In this document: piece after piece, positions 25,991-38,599 of the stretch
Position numbering within the stretch: position 1 is the stretch's first letter
How the letters are laid out: the number at the start of each line of letters is the position of its first letter
The notes under the pieces: model-generated
Seen by the model: only the letters and a program-made list of their open reading frames with translations
What the model was told of the DNA's origin: nothing
The model's database searches: none
Translations under genes and position numbers: made by a program
Assembly (NCBI GenBank): GCA_002104905.1
Contig: MCFE01000425.1
Coordinates: forward strand, 1-64,000
DNA length: 64,000 nucleotides
Direction: 5' to 3'
From: Basidiobolus meristosporus CBS 931.73
Taxonomy: Eukaryota; Fungi; Basidiobolomycota

Positions 25991-28900
25991 TCTTGATTTA
26001 GTTGTGTTTTGACCAAGTTATGACGTGTCTCCATTAGGGTAGGGGTTAGGTACTTAGGTACTGCTACCTTGGGTATTGCGCATATAGTTCAAATCAAAAA
26101 AACTATGGCCTCCTACTTACTAACCACTACAAACATGCACACCTACTGCAACGGACATACCTCTATCACCTCAACTTTACAACTTTTTAGTGTGATACTT
26201 GCATGAGCACCTTCTGAATATCTGCAACAAGCTTTTTGGTATTTAGCTAATATATTACTTCTGCCTACTGGATTCTGGTCCCCCTTATAGGTGCACTGTT
26301 GCTCTTGTTGGTGTGAATTCTGTATTGAATGGTGTAGGAGTTGGCTTGTGACCAAGAGAAACCTAACATACTTTGGTAGAGTTTTCCTAATAATAATTAG
26401 TTGCTTGTTGAACCTAACCCAACTTTGCATTACTTAACTGATTACCCACACATTGGGGCTGCTTAACTTCTTAATGCCAAAGGCATAGGTGTCTCCATGT
26501 ATGGAATGGCTTCTGAAGGCCACTTGAATAAATAAATATCCTGTGCATCCAGTCCTTACACTTCTATTGTTGCATATGCATATGAATTTTAATAGAAGCC
26601 CATAGTAAGTACTTAGGGTAGCAGACACACTGTAATATCTTGCCAATTCTTTCAGGTTTCTCCAGTATCTCCAAGGGCTTATTCAGCTTGAAATGCCCTA
26701 TGTACAACTTGGTCATCAGTATAGGGATATTGTTGAAAAGCAAATGAATTGCCCCCAGTGGAAAGCTTTGGCTCCAACAGATACCCTCTATCTACAGTGT
26801 CTCTGGTCTCTGATTGATTCCATATCTCAGCCAATGGTAGATAACTTGACAACTTTGCTGCAATTGCATGCTGACTTCTGTACATTGTCACTGCAGAAAG
26901 ATGATGCTCTTAATGTTGGTATTTGGGTAATAATAATGTTTGCAAGTTGTGGAGTAAGTCCCCTGGATCTCTCACATTTGACAGCAATACTGTCCATTGT
27001 GCCCAGAAAAGCCAGCTCTATTACTGATGGCTGGGGTATCTCCAATGCAGATACTAATATGCACTCTGACATGATGGTCATTTACTGTTATCCTGCTAGA
27101 GAGTATACAAAATTTACCCAGCAATGAATACAGGTAACTATCAAGGTTGGATGGCAATTTAGGCCCAGACACTATTGAGACTAGCATCAGATTTCTGCTC
27201 TGATGTTGTAAGATAGGCAGCATATTCAGGTTGATGAGAATCAGTGGCCAGCAGGATGTGCTGGTAGAGTACTTGTTTAATGAGAATCCTTAAAGTGCCA
27301 AGACAAAGACATGGTCATGCATACCTTCAAAGTAGCTCTTGCTTCTTAGCAATTTGTAATGCTTACCATCAAATATGATGGATATGTTTGCGCTTGGTTG
27401 ATACTGCTCTGATACTGTAAGATAGGCAGCTGATACAGGTTAATGAGAATCAATAGCCAGCAGGATTTGCTGGTAGAGTGCTGGATTAATGAGAATATAT
27501 CAGGTGCCAAGGCAAAGGCATGGTCATAAATACCTTGAAGTAACCCTTGCTTCTTAGCTGTTTGTAATGTTTGCCATCCAGTATATTGGATATGTTTGCA
27601 CTTGATTAATCATGAGTGTAGTACTTTATAGCTGTGCAATATTTGTTGGGCTGCATGAGCTTCTTTAGACAGGTATTACCATGTACATGGTAAGTTGCAT
27701 CCCTGGATGAATCTGGAAAGAAGTAGTAAAAAATCCTGAAAACCCCCATTATTGATATTAGTGGAAATGCACCACTTCTCTAGCCACAACATCAAATTAT
27801 CCACCAGTAGTTGGATTACTAGGATCACTTGACTTTGTAGAGTGTCCTTGGCATTTTTTTCCACAGGTGTTGTCTTATTGCATAAAGAAAATTTACCAGG
27901 CTCACTCAGGGTATTACTGAAGGGTAGATAGGCCCTTAATCCATCAGTGAGCCTGCTTCTTCAGAGCTATTACTCTGTGTGTCATATTCAGAAGGCTGGG
28001 GGTGATCATAAATATGCCACAAACTCACCTGACTCAGTTTGAGCAAGGTAACAGGTGTGGTTAGGTGCTGTTTTAAAAGTATCAAGTGGCTGGCAAGATA
28101 ATGTTGGTAAAGTAGTGATTGGTAAATGGTAATTATGACTTGCATGGCAAAACACTGGCAGTGATCCTTGTAATACTACCCATGTTGTCTGTGTGCTCCA
28201 TGGATGAGAGACTTGCTACAATAGCCATATAGTCCTTTTTCTCTTCTCTTACAGCATTGAATTAATGTAATCATGGCAAACAGTCTGACACTCTACAACA
28301 CAATGCTATTATATCACTTTTTTGTCAATACTCATATAAGCTTAAGACAGTTGTGTATTTGAGATATTGCAACTACATGAATGTAAGATTCAATGGTGAC
28401 CTTTCATTGTATGCATTATAAATACAGTTGTGAAACATATACACATATATACGTAACACCATTTCCCATTTGGTTTGACTCACTTCCATATATATGCTGC
28501 CAAAAAATAAAGAAACGTTATCTGGCTACCAAACAAATCTCACTGCTGACAGCAGCAGAGAAACAGTTGGACAACAGCTTGCTTTGACATTCAGTGCAAC
28601 AAGCCAGGCTACAACCAAAAAAGACCTGTGAACAGTGTGCCCACTGGAGGTAATAATGCAGACTCCTCAGGCTTGCAGTCAAGTAGGCAGTTGGGATTCT
28701 TTGTGGAGGAGCAAGCTGACCATAATGCTGAGGCAGACAAGATTGTAGCAAAAGCTGTACCTCCAGCTGAGGACCAGCAAGTGGCCATCAAAACATCACC
28801 ACCACCTGTATCAGCAGTATGTTATCAGCTCATACTAAAGCATTACTGAGGGAATTAGGTGCAGTGGCTGATAGGATAGATGCCATGGCCCAGAAAAATC

Positions 28901-29455
28901 AGGAAATAGTGCGGAAACAGGATGAGCTGATAAAAGATATAGAGCTATCAGTATTCCAGGTAGAGAAATCTGTAGCTTTGCAGCAAAGAAGAAAATCAAG
29001 AAGCTCAATGTCACAGCCAAGAATTGAGCCATTTCCCAATATTACAGCAGAAGAATACTATACAGTCTTTGGAGTACAACAACAGTGCCCAGCAACAAAG
29101 CCCACAGAAAACACCATTACAGCATGGGAGGGAGACAATGTAGTGTATATGCCAAAGCATAAAAATAAAAAGACATTCAAGATTGGTAAAGCCAATGACT
29201 GCAATTATGAAGTGTGGGCTAATATTTAAGAGGCCATTAGAAGTCTGGCATGCCAACACCTCAAGGCTGGCACAATATGGGCCCATCAGGAACTCAAGGC
29301 AGGCACAATGCACCGGACTTGCTCCATGATCATTATCCTGGATTCAAACAAGCAAACAGATTTTGGGCCAGCATTAGTATGCTGAGATAGTATGTCAGTA
29401 ATAGCAGAAACTGTCAAAGGCACAAGAACAAGGGTGCAATGGATAAAAACCCATG

Positions 29456-31419
29456 CCCTATGAAATATAATTTGGTCCTGCAGGTGGATCCAATCCAGAT
29501 CAGCTTTCAGGATCCTGCTCAGAGACCATCATAATACCAGCAGCTTGGAATTTGTGACCCTCCTAACAATCTAATGACAGGATCACAACAGTGTTTTGCT
29601 GATTTTACAACTAACTAATGGGATAAAAATTAGCAAGATTTAATTGATGCCGTGACAATATTTGCATGGTATTGCTGCTGTATTTTAGCACCCTATAACT
29701 ATTTTAAGCGGATCCAACCGGCCAGGACATCCAATTGCCTTATATGGCAGAAACTTGATAGTATTTTGATGGCCTCACAGCAAGACTCTGGTGACATTAT
29801 ATTGGCAGTATAATGGCCTACAGTAGGTTCTGTATAATGCTACCATTATAGTGGGGTCACAGTGAGACCCACTGGCAGATGTGCTCATTCCCATATTCTC
29901 TGCTTCCCTATTTCTCTACTACACTTATTTTAGTTTTATCCCATTTATCTTACTTGATCAGTACTATCCCATAAACTGGCTGACTATCTCACCTGCTTAC
30001 CTTATTGCATAAGTTACCCCTCACTTTATGTAAGATTGCTAGCTGTAGGCGCTTCTATATTAGGCAGGTGCCTACACCAGTGCCCATGACAGATGAGCAA
30101 CCTGTACCACCACCCCTACTACTTCTATATTCATATATGGTATCCCTATGCTACACAGGATCCAGAGTAGTGATTCCTGATTGGTTGGATGTGCTGTGCC
30201 TCTTAGAACCTTCTGGCACCTACTTAGAACACTCTTAGCTTATTCTGATGTCATTAAGATTTCTATTAATCTCTGGAACCTTCTGGAACACTATGATTAG
30301 CAATCACTTAACCAGTGAGAAAAGTATATAAGGGATGCAATCCCTCAACAATAAATCATCATCTCTTTTATCAATATACCAACTGGTTGATTAGTGTGAT
30401 CACTACTACCTGCTGCTACCTGAGCTTCCAACCCCAGACTACAGGACACTCCCAGAAAACCATGCAAACAGCCAACCAACCTTGGAGGCACTACTTGTGA
30501 GGAATACTCAGAGTAGGTATCTTTCAATATATTGATTCTTTCCCAAGTTTGTGCTTGTACAGGCAAAGATACTTTTCTGTCTTTGTAATTATTGACCACA
30601 GCTGCATTCTTATCAAGTCCCTGCTGGTGGAGTTTGAAGTTGTTTTGACTTTGGAAGCTTTAGTACATTGTCATCTCAAAGGATGCTGAACCCAGCATGT
30701 ACTTTTATTAAGATGCCAACTGGGTAGGGGATTGTAGCTCAATAGTTTTTCCTTGACAAGCTTGTGGCTTTACTTCCCATCACATTAGATTAGAGACAGA
30801 ACCCAAGTATTCCTAGCACACTTCTGCCCAAGGTTATTGCACCCAGTAAGCACCCCACACACAAAACACTAGAGAAGTGCTGGATGTATCTCTCACTTGG
30901 ACTGATACACCATTGCACTGCCACAGTTGTAGAACCAGAGTGTTAAAGCAGAAGTACCTATTGAGTGATAGACTCTAATGGAGTTACTTGTTGAGTGTGG
31001 GGTTGGTCTTAATGTTAGTGTAGGGTTTAGGGACTTCTATAGGTCAATACAATTGGCAATTGAGGTACAACTTAAGTTTCAATGGAAATAAATCAATTTG
31101 TACACATGAAAAGTAAGAGAACAGATGAGTCAGCAAGTAAGGAGTGTGAAAAGAGGCAATAGCCAATCAATGCACATAAACATAGGAGGCAATACAGTGT
31201 CCTGGATTGGAAAGTGATCAAATTGGCAGGGAACTAATCAAAAGCCACTTATACATTGTTGTGGTGAAAAATCTTGACTGAGTTTTTTGTGAAATCTGGG
31301 GTGCAATTATTTTTTAATGGTCTCTGGATTGTGTCCTGAAGGGATCAGTACCTCTTAGTCACAGGAGTTTAACTTTGTGATGGCCTTTTGACAGGATCAT
31401 CTCAATAATTCTCATAGGG
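29456..31419. mobile_element. Non-autonomous CMC element (left end + solo LTR + right end) inserted into ORF2 of copy 1
   Basis: Termini CCCTATGA (29456) and TCATAGGG (31419) with a 3-bp TSD ATG on both sides. Removing it restores AAAAACCCATGGCTTCCTCAAGAG, matching the uninterrupted ORF2 at ~44225-44250. Confidence 0.88.
29847..30917 (+). repeat. Solo LTR, family 2
   Basis: Aligns over ~1.07 kb with the reverse complement of 41952-43022. Termini are degenerate (TATAG.../...TTGCA). TATATAAG followed by AATAAA near 30325-30355. Confidence 0.75.
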
Positions 31420-32691
31420 ATGGCTTCCTCAAGAGCCCATTACAAGCAGGGCCAAAAGCTTCAAACAATCATCAAAGAGACATCAGGTAGCTGAAAGAGT
31501 TCCAATAAGGGAAAGTAGGCAGACACAGATGCATCAGCACCAGATTTTGCATAGAAAAGTCATAGTTCTATTCAGGTAGCACTCAGTAAAAGTAGCAGTG
31601 ATGGACCTGGCAGTGATAAAAACAAGCAGCTACCTTGGGAGCCTGTCATAGCATAAGCTGAAAGCTTGAAGCAAGCAGAAAGGAAGCATCAGGTAGCCTG
31701 CAGAGTACCAGCAAGGGACAAGCAGACCAAAACCGGTGTATCAGAGCAGCATTTATCAAGGAGAAAATTTAGTTCAATACCAGAACAACTCAGACAAAAT
31801 AGCAGTAATAGACCTGGCAGTGATAAAGGAAAAGGTAAAGGGAAAAAAGTCTACCCAAGCCAGAGAAAGGGAAGCATAAGAAAAAAGCTGCAGTTCTTGC
31901 CAATCAATGCCATAAGCCTGGAACAAACTGAATCCCATCATAGCTAAGAAGATTACCAACACAAAAACAGCTGCTTTAACAAGATTGGGGAGTGCAGCTA
32001 GTTGAGCTGCACTCTGGTTAGGCTGATAAGTTTGCAGGCAAAGGCCATTTGTCTACCACAGCGTCCACATCCTCCATTGTTGACACAATGGAGATTCCAC
32101 TGACTAACAAAGTAACATTGTCAAGAACTCTAAAGGCTATCACAGTGCCTTCAGTAGAATTTTGGAGCATTAATAGGCACACCAAGAGGTTGCAGTAGTT
32201 CTTTAAGAGCAGTGCTCAAGGAAACAAACTTAAGTATTGCAAGGATTCACTGCAAAGACTGGCAGATGAAGTGCTAGCCTAGCAGTGCCAGCTGAAGACC
32301 AGGATGTATAGAAACCAGTGAGTGAACAGTGGTATAAAGCCATAGGGCTTCTGTTGCACTCAGTGTGCACCCCACATACAAGACACTTGAGAAGTGTTGG
32401 ATGTATCTGTCCCTTGGACTTATACACCATCACACCGCCAAAGTTGTAGAGCCACAGCATTACAGCAGAAACACTGATTGAGTGATAGTTTTTAATGGAG
32501 TTACTTGTTGAGTGTGGGTAATTATAATGTTGTGATGAAAAGTCTTAACTAAGTTTTTTGTAAAATCTGGGGTGCAGTTATTTTTTGACAGTCTCTGAGC
32601 AGTATCCTGCTGGGATCAATATCTCTTAGTCACAGGACCTAGAATCTGTGATGGCCTTTTGACAAGATCATTGCAATAATATATCATAGGG

Positions 32692-33910
32692 CATTGTCAG
32701 GGTGTGTTTTCTTGATTTCTTCAGCAGCTTCTCTCTCCACCATGGCTTTTAGCTCCCTGAGCTAAGACAGAGCTTCTTCCTTTGTCTATATGATGTAAAC
32801 TCATGTGTATCTTGCATATTCATCAATAAAAGTGATCAAACACATCATCCTGCTAAGGATAGGTTTTGCATAGATCCATACAGATCCCTACAAAAAAATA
32901 TTAAGAAAAGGCCAGCAAAATATCATCATAATATCAGCTGAATTACAAGTCTCTTAAAATCAACAGCTTTCAATATCTCTATTGTTAGCTAATGTGCATG
33001 CAGGCAAATAAATTTTCCAGGAGGAGACTAGGTCAGCTATCACTCATACCAAATTTAGTAATTAGTTACCAATTACTTTTATCAAAAATTGCATCTGAAA
33101 TTTGAACCAAAAACTCCAGTGGAATACTAGCAAAATACTATCAAAATATCAGCAGAATACCAGCTAAGAGTTAGATGAATTCCACATCTGAGATTTTTCA
33201 GAGGTAGATGTGTGTGATAAAGATCTAATTCCTTCTTAATTTTGATTAACCCCGAACTCTTGAATGGCTATCTAGCTTGTTTCCCATATACTCACACTTC
33301 ACAGTGCTTCAAATTAACTAGGGGATCAATCTATACTCTGGAAATAAGCTGTTCTTTGATCATATTGTGCAAATAATCAAAAATCATGTGTCTAAATGGA
33401 TTGTTACAAAGGATTGGTGTTTCTTCATTTGAGTTACCTATATTGGCTTCTAAATACAATGGAATATAAGTCAACTAGTACAGATTCTGATCTCTGATAC
33501 CCAAAGCAGATGAGCACCATTTTAGTCAGTGATCTTGCATCCAGAATTGTTAAAGCCAAAATTGAGTCCATTTGCGGAGGCCTTGTCTACAAATAGTAGG
33601 TCTTGACTATTTCTAGTACATAAAATACTTCTTTAAAGGTCAGTGTATGGCTTCATTCACTGCTTCTAAGGTATACTTGGATAGTTCCTTCTCCCACTGT
33701 ATCAAGTGTTCTATTGTCAGCTATGAATACCTATCAAATTGGAGTCTCTTGACACTGAGTAAAAGTTCTTTCTTATGTTTAAGATGATGAGATTCTTCAG
33801 ATTATATACACCACATCTGAGAATTCTAGTTTGTGGTCATATTCAGTACAGATATGAAAAGTCTATCCTCAGTTGCTGCAGAGTTTCTATACTCAGATCT
33901 TTACTGCTAA
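32692..33910 (-). mobile_element. Copia protease/integrase relic, probably the upstream part of the minus-strand copia at 24934-25990
   Basis: The reverse complement matches 23520-23960 and 24170-24275 (GDNRTLD...; GAAAA...CTGACAATG = SDNG region) and abuts the CMC terminus at 32691. Confidence 0.75.
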
Positions 33911-33989
33911 CTATCTCTCCTTTTTGTTGCAAAAATTTGTAATTTCACCTAAATGTTCACATTACTTGGTCACTTAGAAAATTACCTAC

Positions 33990-34930
33990 AAATCCTAAAA
34001 ATATTGGCTGCTTGGCTTCATTGCCAAAGGCATAGGTGTCACCAAGTGTGCATCTGTGCTCAGCATTTTCCAACTGCTCCTGGCTGACAACCATGTGCCA
34101 ACAAATCAGATCCATTATGGACCTGATGGTAGTATTCTTGATGAGATGGGGACATGGTAGTACATGCAACTTGATGTGTCTTCCTATCTCCCCACACATC
34201 TACTCCATAGGAAACTCCTAACAGGTGAAGCATGCCCCAATATTCTCCACACATCAAGCAAGATGGAGTAGAAAATGGATACAGTGATGGCAGAGATACA
34301 TACATTCAGCATCATGCTTGTAGTATCACTGCCAAAGTCCAATTACAAACTCCTTGCACAACAGCTATAGATGCATCAAGTTGCTATTAGTGATTCACTT
34401 CAGGATCAATGTTCTTACAATGTTGACATATGACTCTCAATGCTTCCAATGTACTCTTGATGGAAATAGCGTGGGAAAGCCACTTAAATAAGTACATATC
34501 TGGATCATCCAGTCCTTGCATATTTATTGTTGCATATGAATATGAGTATTGATTGGTGCTTGTGAGAAGTACTTTGGGTAGTGGATACTCTGTAATATCT
34601 TGCCAATTCTTTTAAGTTACTCTGGCATTGCAAAGGGTGCATTCAGCCTGAAATGCTCCATTCACAACTTGGTCATTATTATAGGGATATTGCTGAATAT
34701 CAAATGCATTGCTCTTAGTGGAAAGCTTTTGCTCCTACAGATACTCACTTTCTTAACTATATCTGGTTTCCACTTGGTTCCATATTCTGGCCAATGGCTT
34801 ATAGCTTATCATCTTTGCTGCAATTGCATGCTGACTTCTGAACACTGCCTCTGTGGGAAGATGTTGCTCTTAGTGATGGGGCCTAGAGAGTAACAATGTG
34901 TGTGAGTTATGGAGTAAATTCTACAGATCT
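33990..34930 (-). pseudogene. Fragment of the CMC Tnp2 transposase
   Basis: Nucleotide similarity to 26430-26960 and 40140-40870. Confidence 0.7.
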
Positions 34931-35322
34931 CACCAAAAAATAATATATTAATAAGGATATGTTGGATATACTTCAAGTTATGAAATGTGTAGAAGGATGA
35001 AGCTTTGAGAAAATGTGCAATCCCAGCAAGGAGTTCAGATCAGTAAGGGGCATACCACATGATATAGATGTATTGATGCTTTGATCCTTATTATTACAGT
35101 ATAAAGAAGCAATGTTAAAGATCCATGTATACCTAGTTTTGGACTAGACTATTGCAGTAATAAAAACACCTGAATTCCTGTAGTAAATATGCATAAGTCT
35201 ATAGCCACTTGAAATGAAGTGATTCCCAAGCACTTTTAAGCCACCTCCCACTCTGGTTTGGAGTTGAGTATGCAAGCAGACACATGCATCAGGTTGTTAA
35301 TATTCTGGGAATTATAATGATA

Positions 35323-35691
35323 TGTTACAAGTCTTGATATAAGTGTTGCAGAGGAATACGGGGTTGAGTAAGTATTATATTCACCAAGACTTGAACTGAT
35401 TTTTATTAAAGTACCAGTGACTCCTTAAGTATATTTTGCCAGATCAATTGCTGACTAATTGTATTTCCTAATGTAGATTGTGATTGAAGACTCATTTTAT
35501 TGCATCATCATCACCAAGTTAGATCCTACTTAATATATCTATTTCTGTCTGATGAGGATGTGCTGATTCATCTGCTGACTAAGACTACTGATTTGATGGA
35601 TAATCCTGATATACTGATGGGCTTAACATGACACAAATTGGTTTGACCAAAAACTGATTTAACTCAAACATTCAGGTGGTAGACTATGACA
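35323..35691 (-). repeat. Solo LTR, family 3 (~370 bp), TSD GATA
   Basis: gata|TGTTACAAGTCTTG...ATGACA|gata; homologous to 61537-61902 and to the reverse complement of 52669-53036. Confidence 0.8.
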
Positions 35692-36161
35692 GATATATAA
35701 TAGACTTGTTCTGTTGGATAATGCCACATTGAGCCATGGGTGCCAAATAGTGCCATTGCGTGCCACAAAAGCATAGCAGTCCTCAACTTTGCCACAGAGT
35801 GTGAAACATGACTCTTCATCTTCATGCAAAGCAGCCCCTGTGTTTCACCCATTGTGGTGGAGAAAATCCATTTTTTGACCTTTTGGTTTGGATCAACATT
35901 GTGCAGTATGTGTGAGAGCACAAAAGGACTGAAGACATGCATCTGACACTCAATACCCATGGCACTCTAAATCTAGCTCCTGTGGCTTATATCATGTCAC
36001 AAAAATGCATGGCACTATCTTGGTCCACTAGTATTATCTGGCAATATAAGTGCTTTATATAGGTTTTACTTTAGGACTAATATTTAAATATAGTGCCTGA
36101 TAGTACCAGTGGACCAAGATAGTGCCATGCATTTTTGTGACATGATACAAGCTACAGGAGC

Positions 36162-37326
36162 TGTGGTAATGGAAAGTATTCCATTACTGCAATATCTCTA
36201 AACCAATATTGCACTCATTTCTTTATTTTGCTTTTTGCTATCGTAACCCACAAGTGAAAGATCAAGAATTTCCAACTTTGAAGAACAAATGCTCCAGACT
36301 CTGACAAGCAATCCATCCAAGAATATTATGTCATACAGAACACGTAGTAGCCAACACATGTTTCAAATTACAGCTCATTTGAAGCAGTACTTAAGACGTT
36401 ATGACCAAAAGAGTCCAATTATTATATATACTATGCCTTTTTGCTAGGATTACTAGGGTGACTTTGATTGCATGTAACTTTTGAACCAGCCAAGCAGATC
36501 ACGTGAAATTCTTACCAGTGCTGCGCCTATGTCCGATCTGCGTCACTGCAAAATATTAGCTTTGTATTACGTGTATTGCTTGCGCAATTGCCCAAAAACT
36601 TTGATCCTTTGAATTTTTCATATATATGACTTCCCTAGCTGAAAAATAAAGGGAAAGCCTCTTTTTCCAGAATCTCCACACTACGATTACAAGTTTAAAG
36701 GTTATAAGACTTCCCCTGCATCACTTGCACTGTTGAGTATTCTGACTTTGATCAGTACTACATCAGTAAAGAGACTGCAAAGCTCACAAGAATCCAATCT
36801 AAGTTCTACCAGAAACTACCACTTTTCCGTCGGAAAAGTCCCCTCTAAGAAACCCCTTTACTCTAAAGACACCCCTTTAGACACCCCTTTAGACACCCCT
36901 TTAGACACCCCTTTAGAGACCCCTTTAAGAAACCCCTTTACTCTAAAGACACCCCTTTAGGTCTAAAGACCCCTTTAGAGACTTCTACAACACACCCCTT
37001 TAGGTTAAAGGGGAGTTCAGAACTTCCATATTAGGAAATAATTTCTCAGAAAGGAAAGTGACTTCCAAATAAGGAAAAGCTACTTTAAAAGTAAATAAGC
37101 CCATTAGTCAACAGAAGGTCAGAACACTGCTGTAGAAGTGATAAACCCTGCCTACGGTATATTTTGAGCCTAAGATTGAGGAAATTAGTGAAAGTTATAT
37201 CTTCTATTGGTATATCAAACTCCCAATAAACCATTTCAGTATTAGCACACTGGAAGTTGTTGTATATTGTTGATTAGCCTCTACATTGTAGAACAAGCCC
37301 CAAACTAATCATAATACAACACAACA
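36162..37326 (+). repeat. Solo LTR, family 1, copy A, TSD GAGC
   Basis: gagc|TGTGGTAATGG...ACAACA|gagc. The empty site CAGGAGCTAGATTCAGAG is present at ~60160. Confidence 0.9.
36845..37010 (+). repeat. ACCCCTTTAGAC-type ~12-bp tandem array inside LTR family 1
   Basis: acccctttagac is repeated directly; a related array lies at ~48700-48915. Confidence 0.9.
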
Positions 37327-38599
37327 GAGCCAGATTCAGAGTGCCACGGTTATTGAGTACCCAATGCATGTCTTCAATATTTTTGTGATCCTACACATCC
37401 TTCTCAACATTGATCCAAAAAAAAGGTCATAAAATGGTTTTTCTGCAGCTCACTAGGTGAAACACAGGGGCTGCTTTGCATGAAGATGCAGAGCTATGTT
37501 TCACACTCTGTGGCCAAGTATAGGCTCACTTGGCCCCCTTGGTACATTATGGCATCATTTGGCAATCATGGCTCAATGTAGCACTATCCAATGGAAGAAG
37601 TCTAATACCTACATATGGCCTAAGATCAGCAATCCCAAATATGCCAACTTTGCAGTTGTTCATATGGTATACCAGTGGTACTATAGCTAACTTCAATGAT
37701 CATAAGGCTCTATAAGACATTTATTAAACAAGCTGAATGTCTACCTTAAGTGTTAGTAACAGTTGGAGGAGATATATCTATATATATAAGCATAAAATCT
37801 TGCTAGCCATTAAGAAAAGTGCCACTGGAGATCCTGACCAAATTATACTTGTATAGTCCCTACAAATAGTGTAGAGTGTACCTAAAGTACTATCAAGGAA
37901 TGTATCAGTTGCCTTGCACCTGTACATATATTACTATTCATACATTGATTACTGATTAAATACATCAATGTTGATCAGATGTTAATCTTGCAATTATGAG
38001 CAGATCAAGTTACTTACAGCTCCCAGTTATGGACCACACTGTAGTAATGAAACCTGCCACCAAGATTCCAAGGGAAGCGACTCTTAAGAATGCTTATTTA
38101 ATCAAATTTGATCAAGCCTGCAAGAAGTTGTGACACATCTAAGTTGATGACCAGTCTGTTCAAAACATTTCAGATCAGTTCCCTATGAAAAATAATTTGG
38201 TCCCATGGGTGGATCCAATCCAGATCAGCCATCAGGATCCCACCTAGAGTCCATCATAATACCAGCAGCTTGGAATAAGTGACCCTCCTAACAATCTTAT
38301 GATGGGATCATGACAGTGTTTTGCTAATTTTACGACCAAATAGAGGGATAAAACTTTATGATATTTTATTGGTGCTGTGAAAATATTTGCATGGTATTGT
38401 TGTGGCCTTGTAGCTCTCTATAACTATTTTAAGTGGATCCAATTGGCCAGGACATCCAATTGCCTTATATGGCAACAAACTCGACAGTATTTTGACAGCC
38501 TCATTGCAAGACTCTGATGGCATTATATTGGCAGTATGACAGCCTAGAGCTAGTACTGTATAATGCTACAGTACCTATTTACCAAATAGTATTTCCTTT

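Larger units (their letters stand above)
26050..32691. mobile_element. CMC/CACTA-type DNA transposon, copy 1 (left end lost): Tnp2 relic on minus (~26050-27930), ORF2 on plus from 28494, right terminus TCATAGGG at 32691
   Basis: Minus strand reads LMLVSIVSGPKLPSNLDSYLYSLL...IGDTPAISNRAGFSGHNGQYCC (Transposase_21/Tnp2 core). ORF2 is homologous to 43275-44970 and the right end to 44960-45513. Confidence 0.8.
35701..37604. mobile_element. Foldback/MITE-like palindromic element (~350-bp inverted arms, short spacer), right arm interrupted by a solo LTR
   Basis: 35701-~36050 is the reverse complement of ~36090-36161 plus 37327-37604 (e.g. TAGACTTGTTCTGTTGGATAATGCCACATTGAGCCATG versus CATGGCTCAATGTAGCACTATCCAATGGAAGAAGTCTA). 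Confidence 0.8.

Noticed and set aside
26034-26058. TTAGGG-like motifs (ttagggtaggggttagg)
   Set aside because: Only one exact unit, too short to call an interstitial telomere or healing site.
36845-37010. Possible CRISPR-like or telomeric array
   Set aside because: There are no unique spacers and no cas genes, and the unit is not TTAGGG. It is an internal tandem repeat of an LTR.
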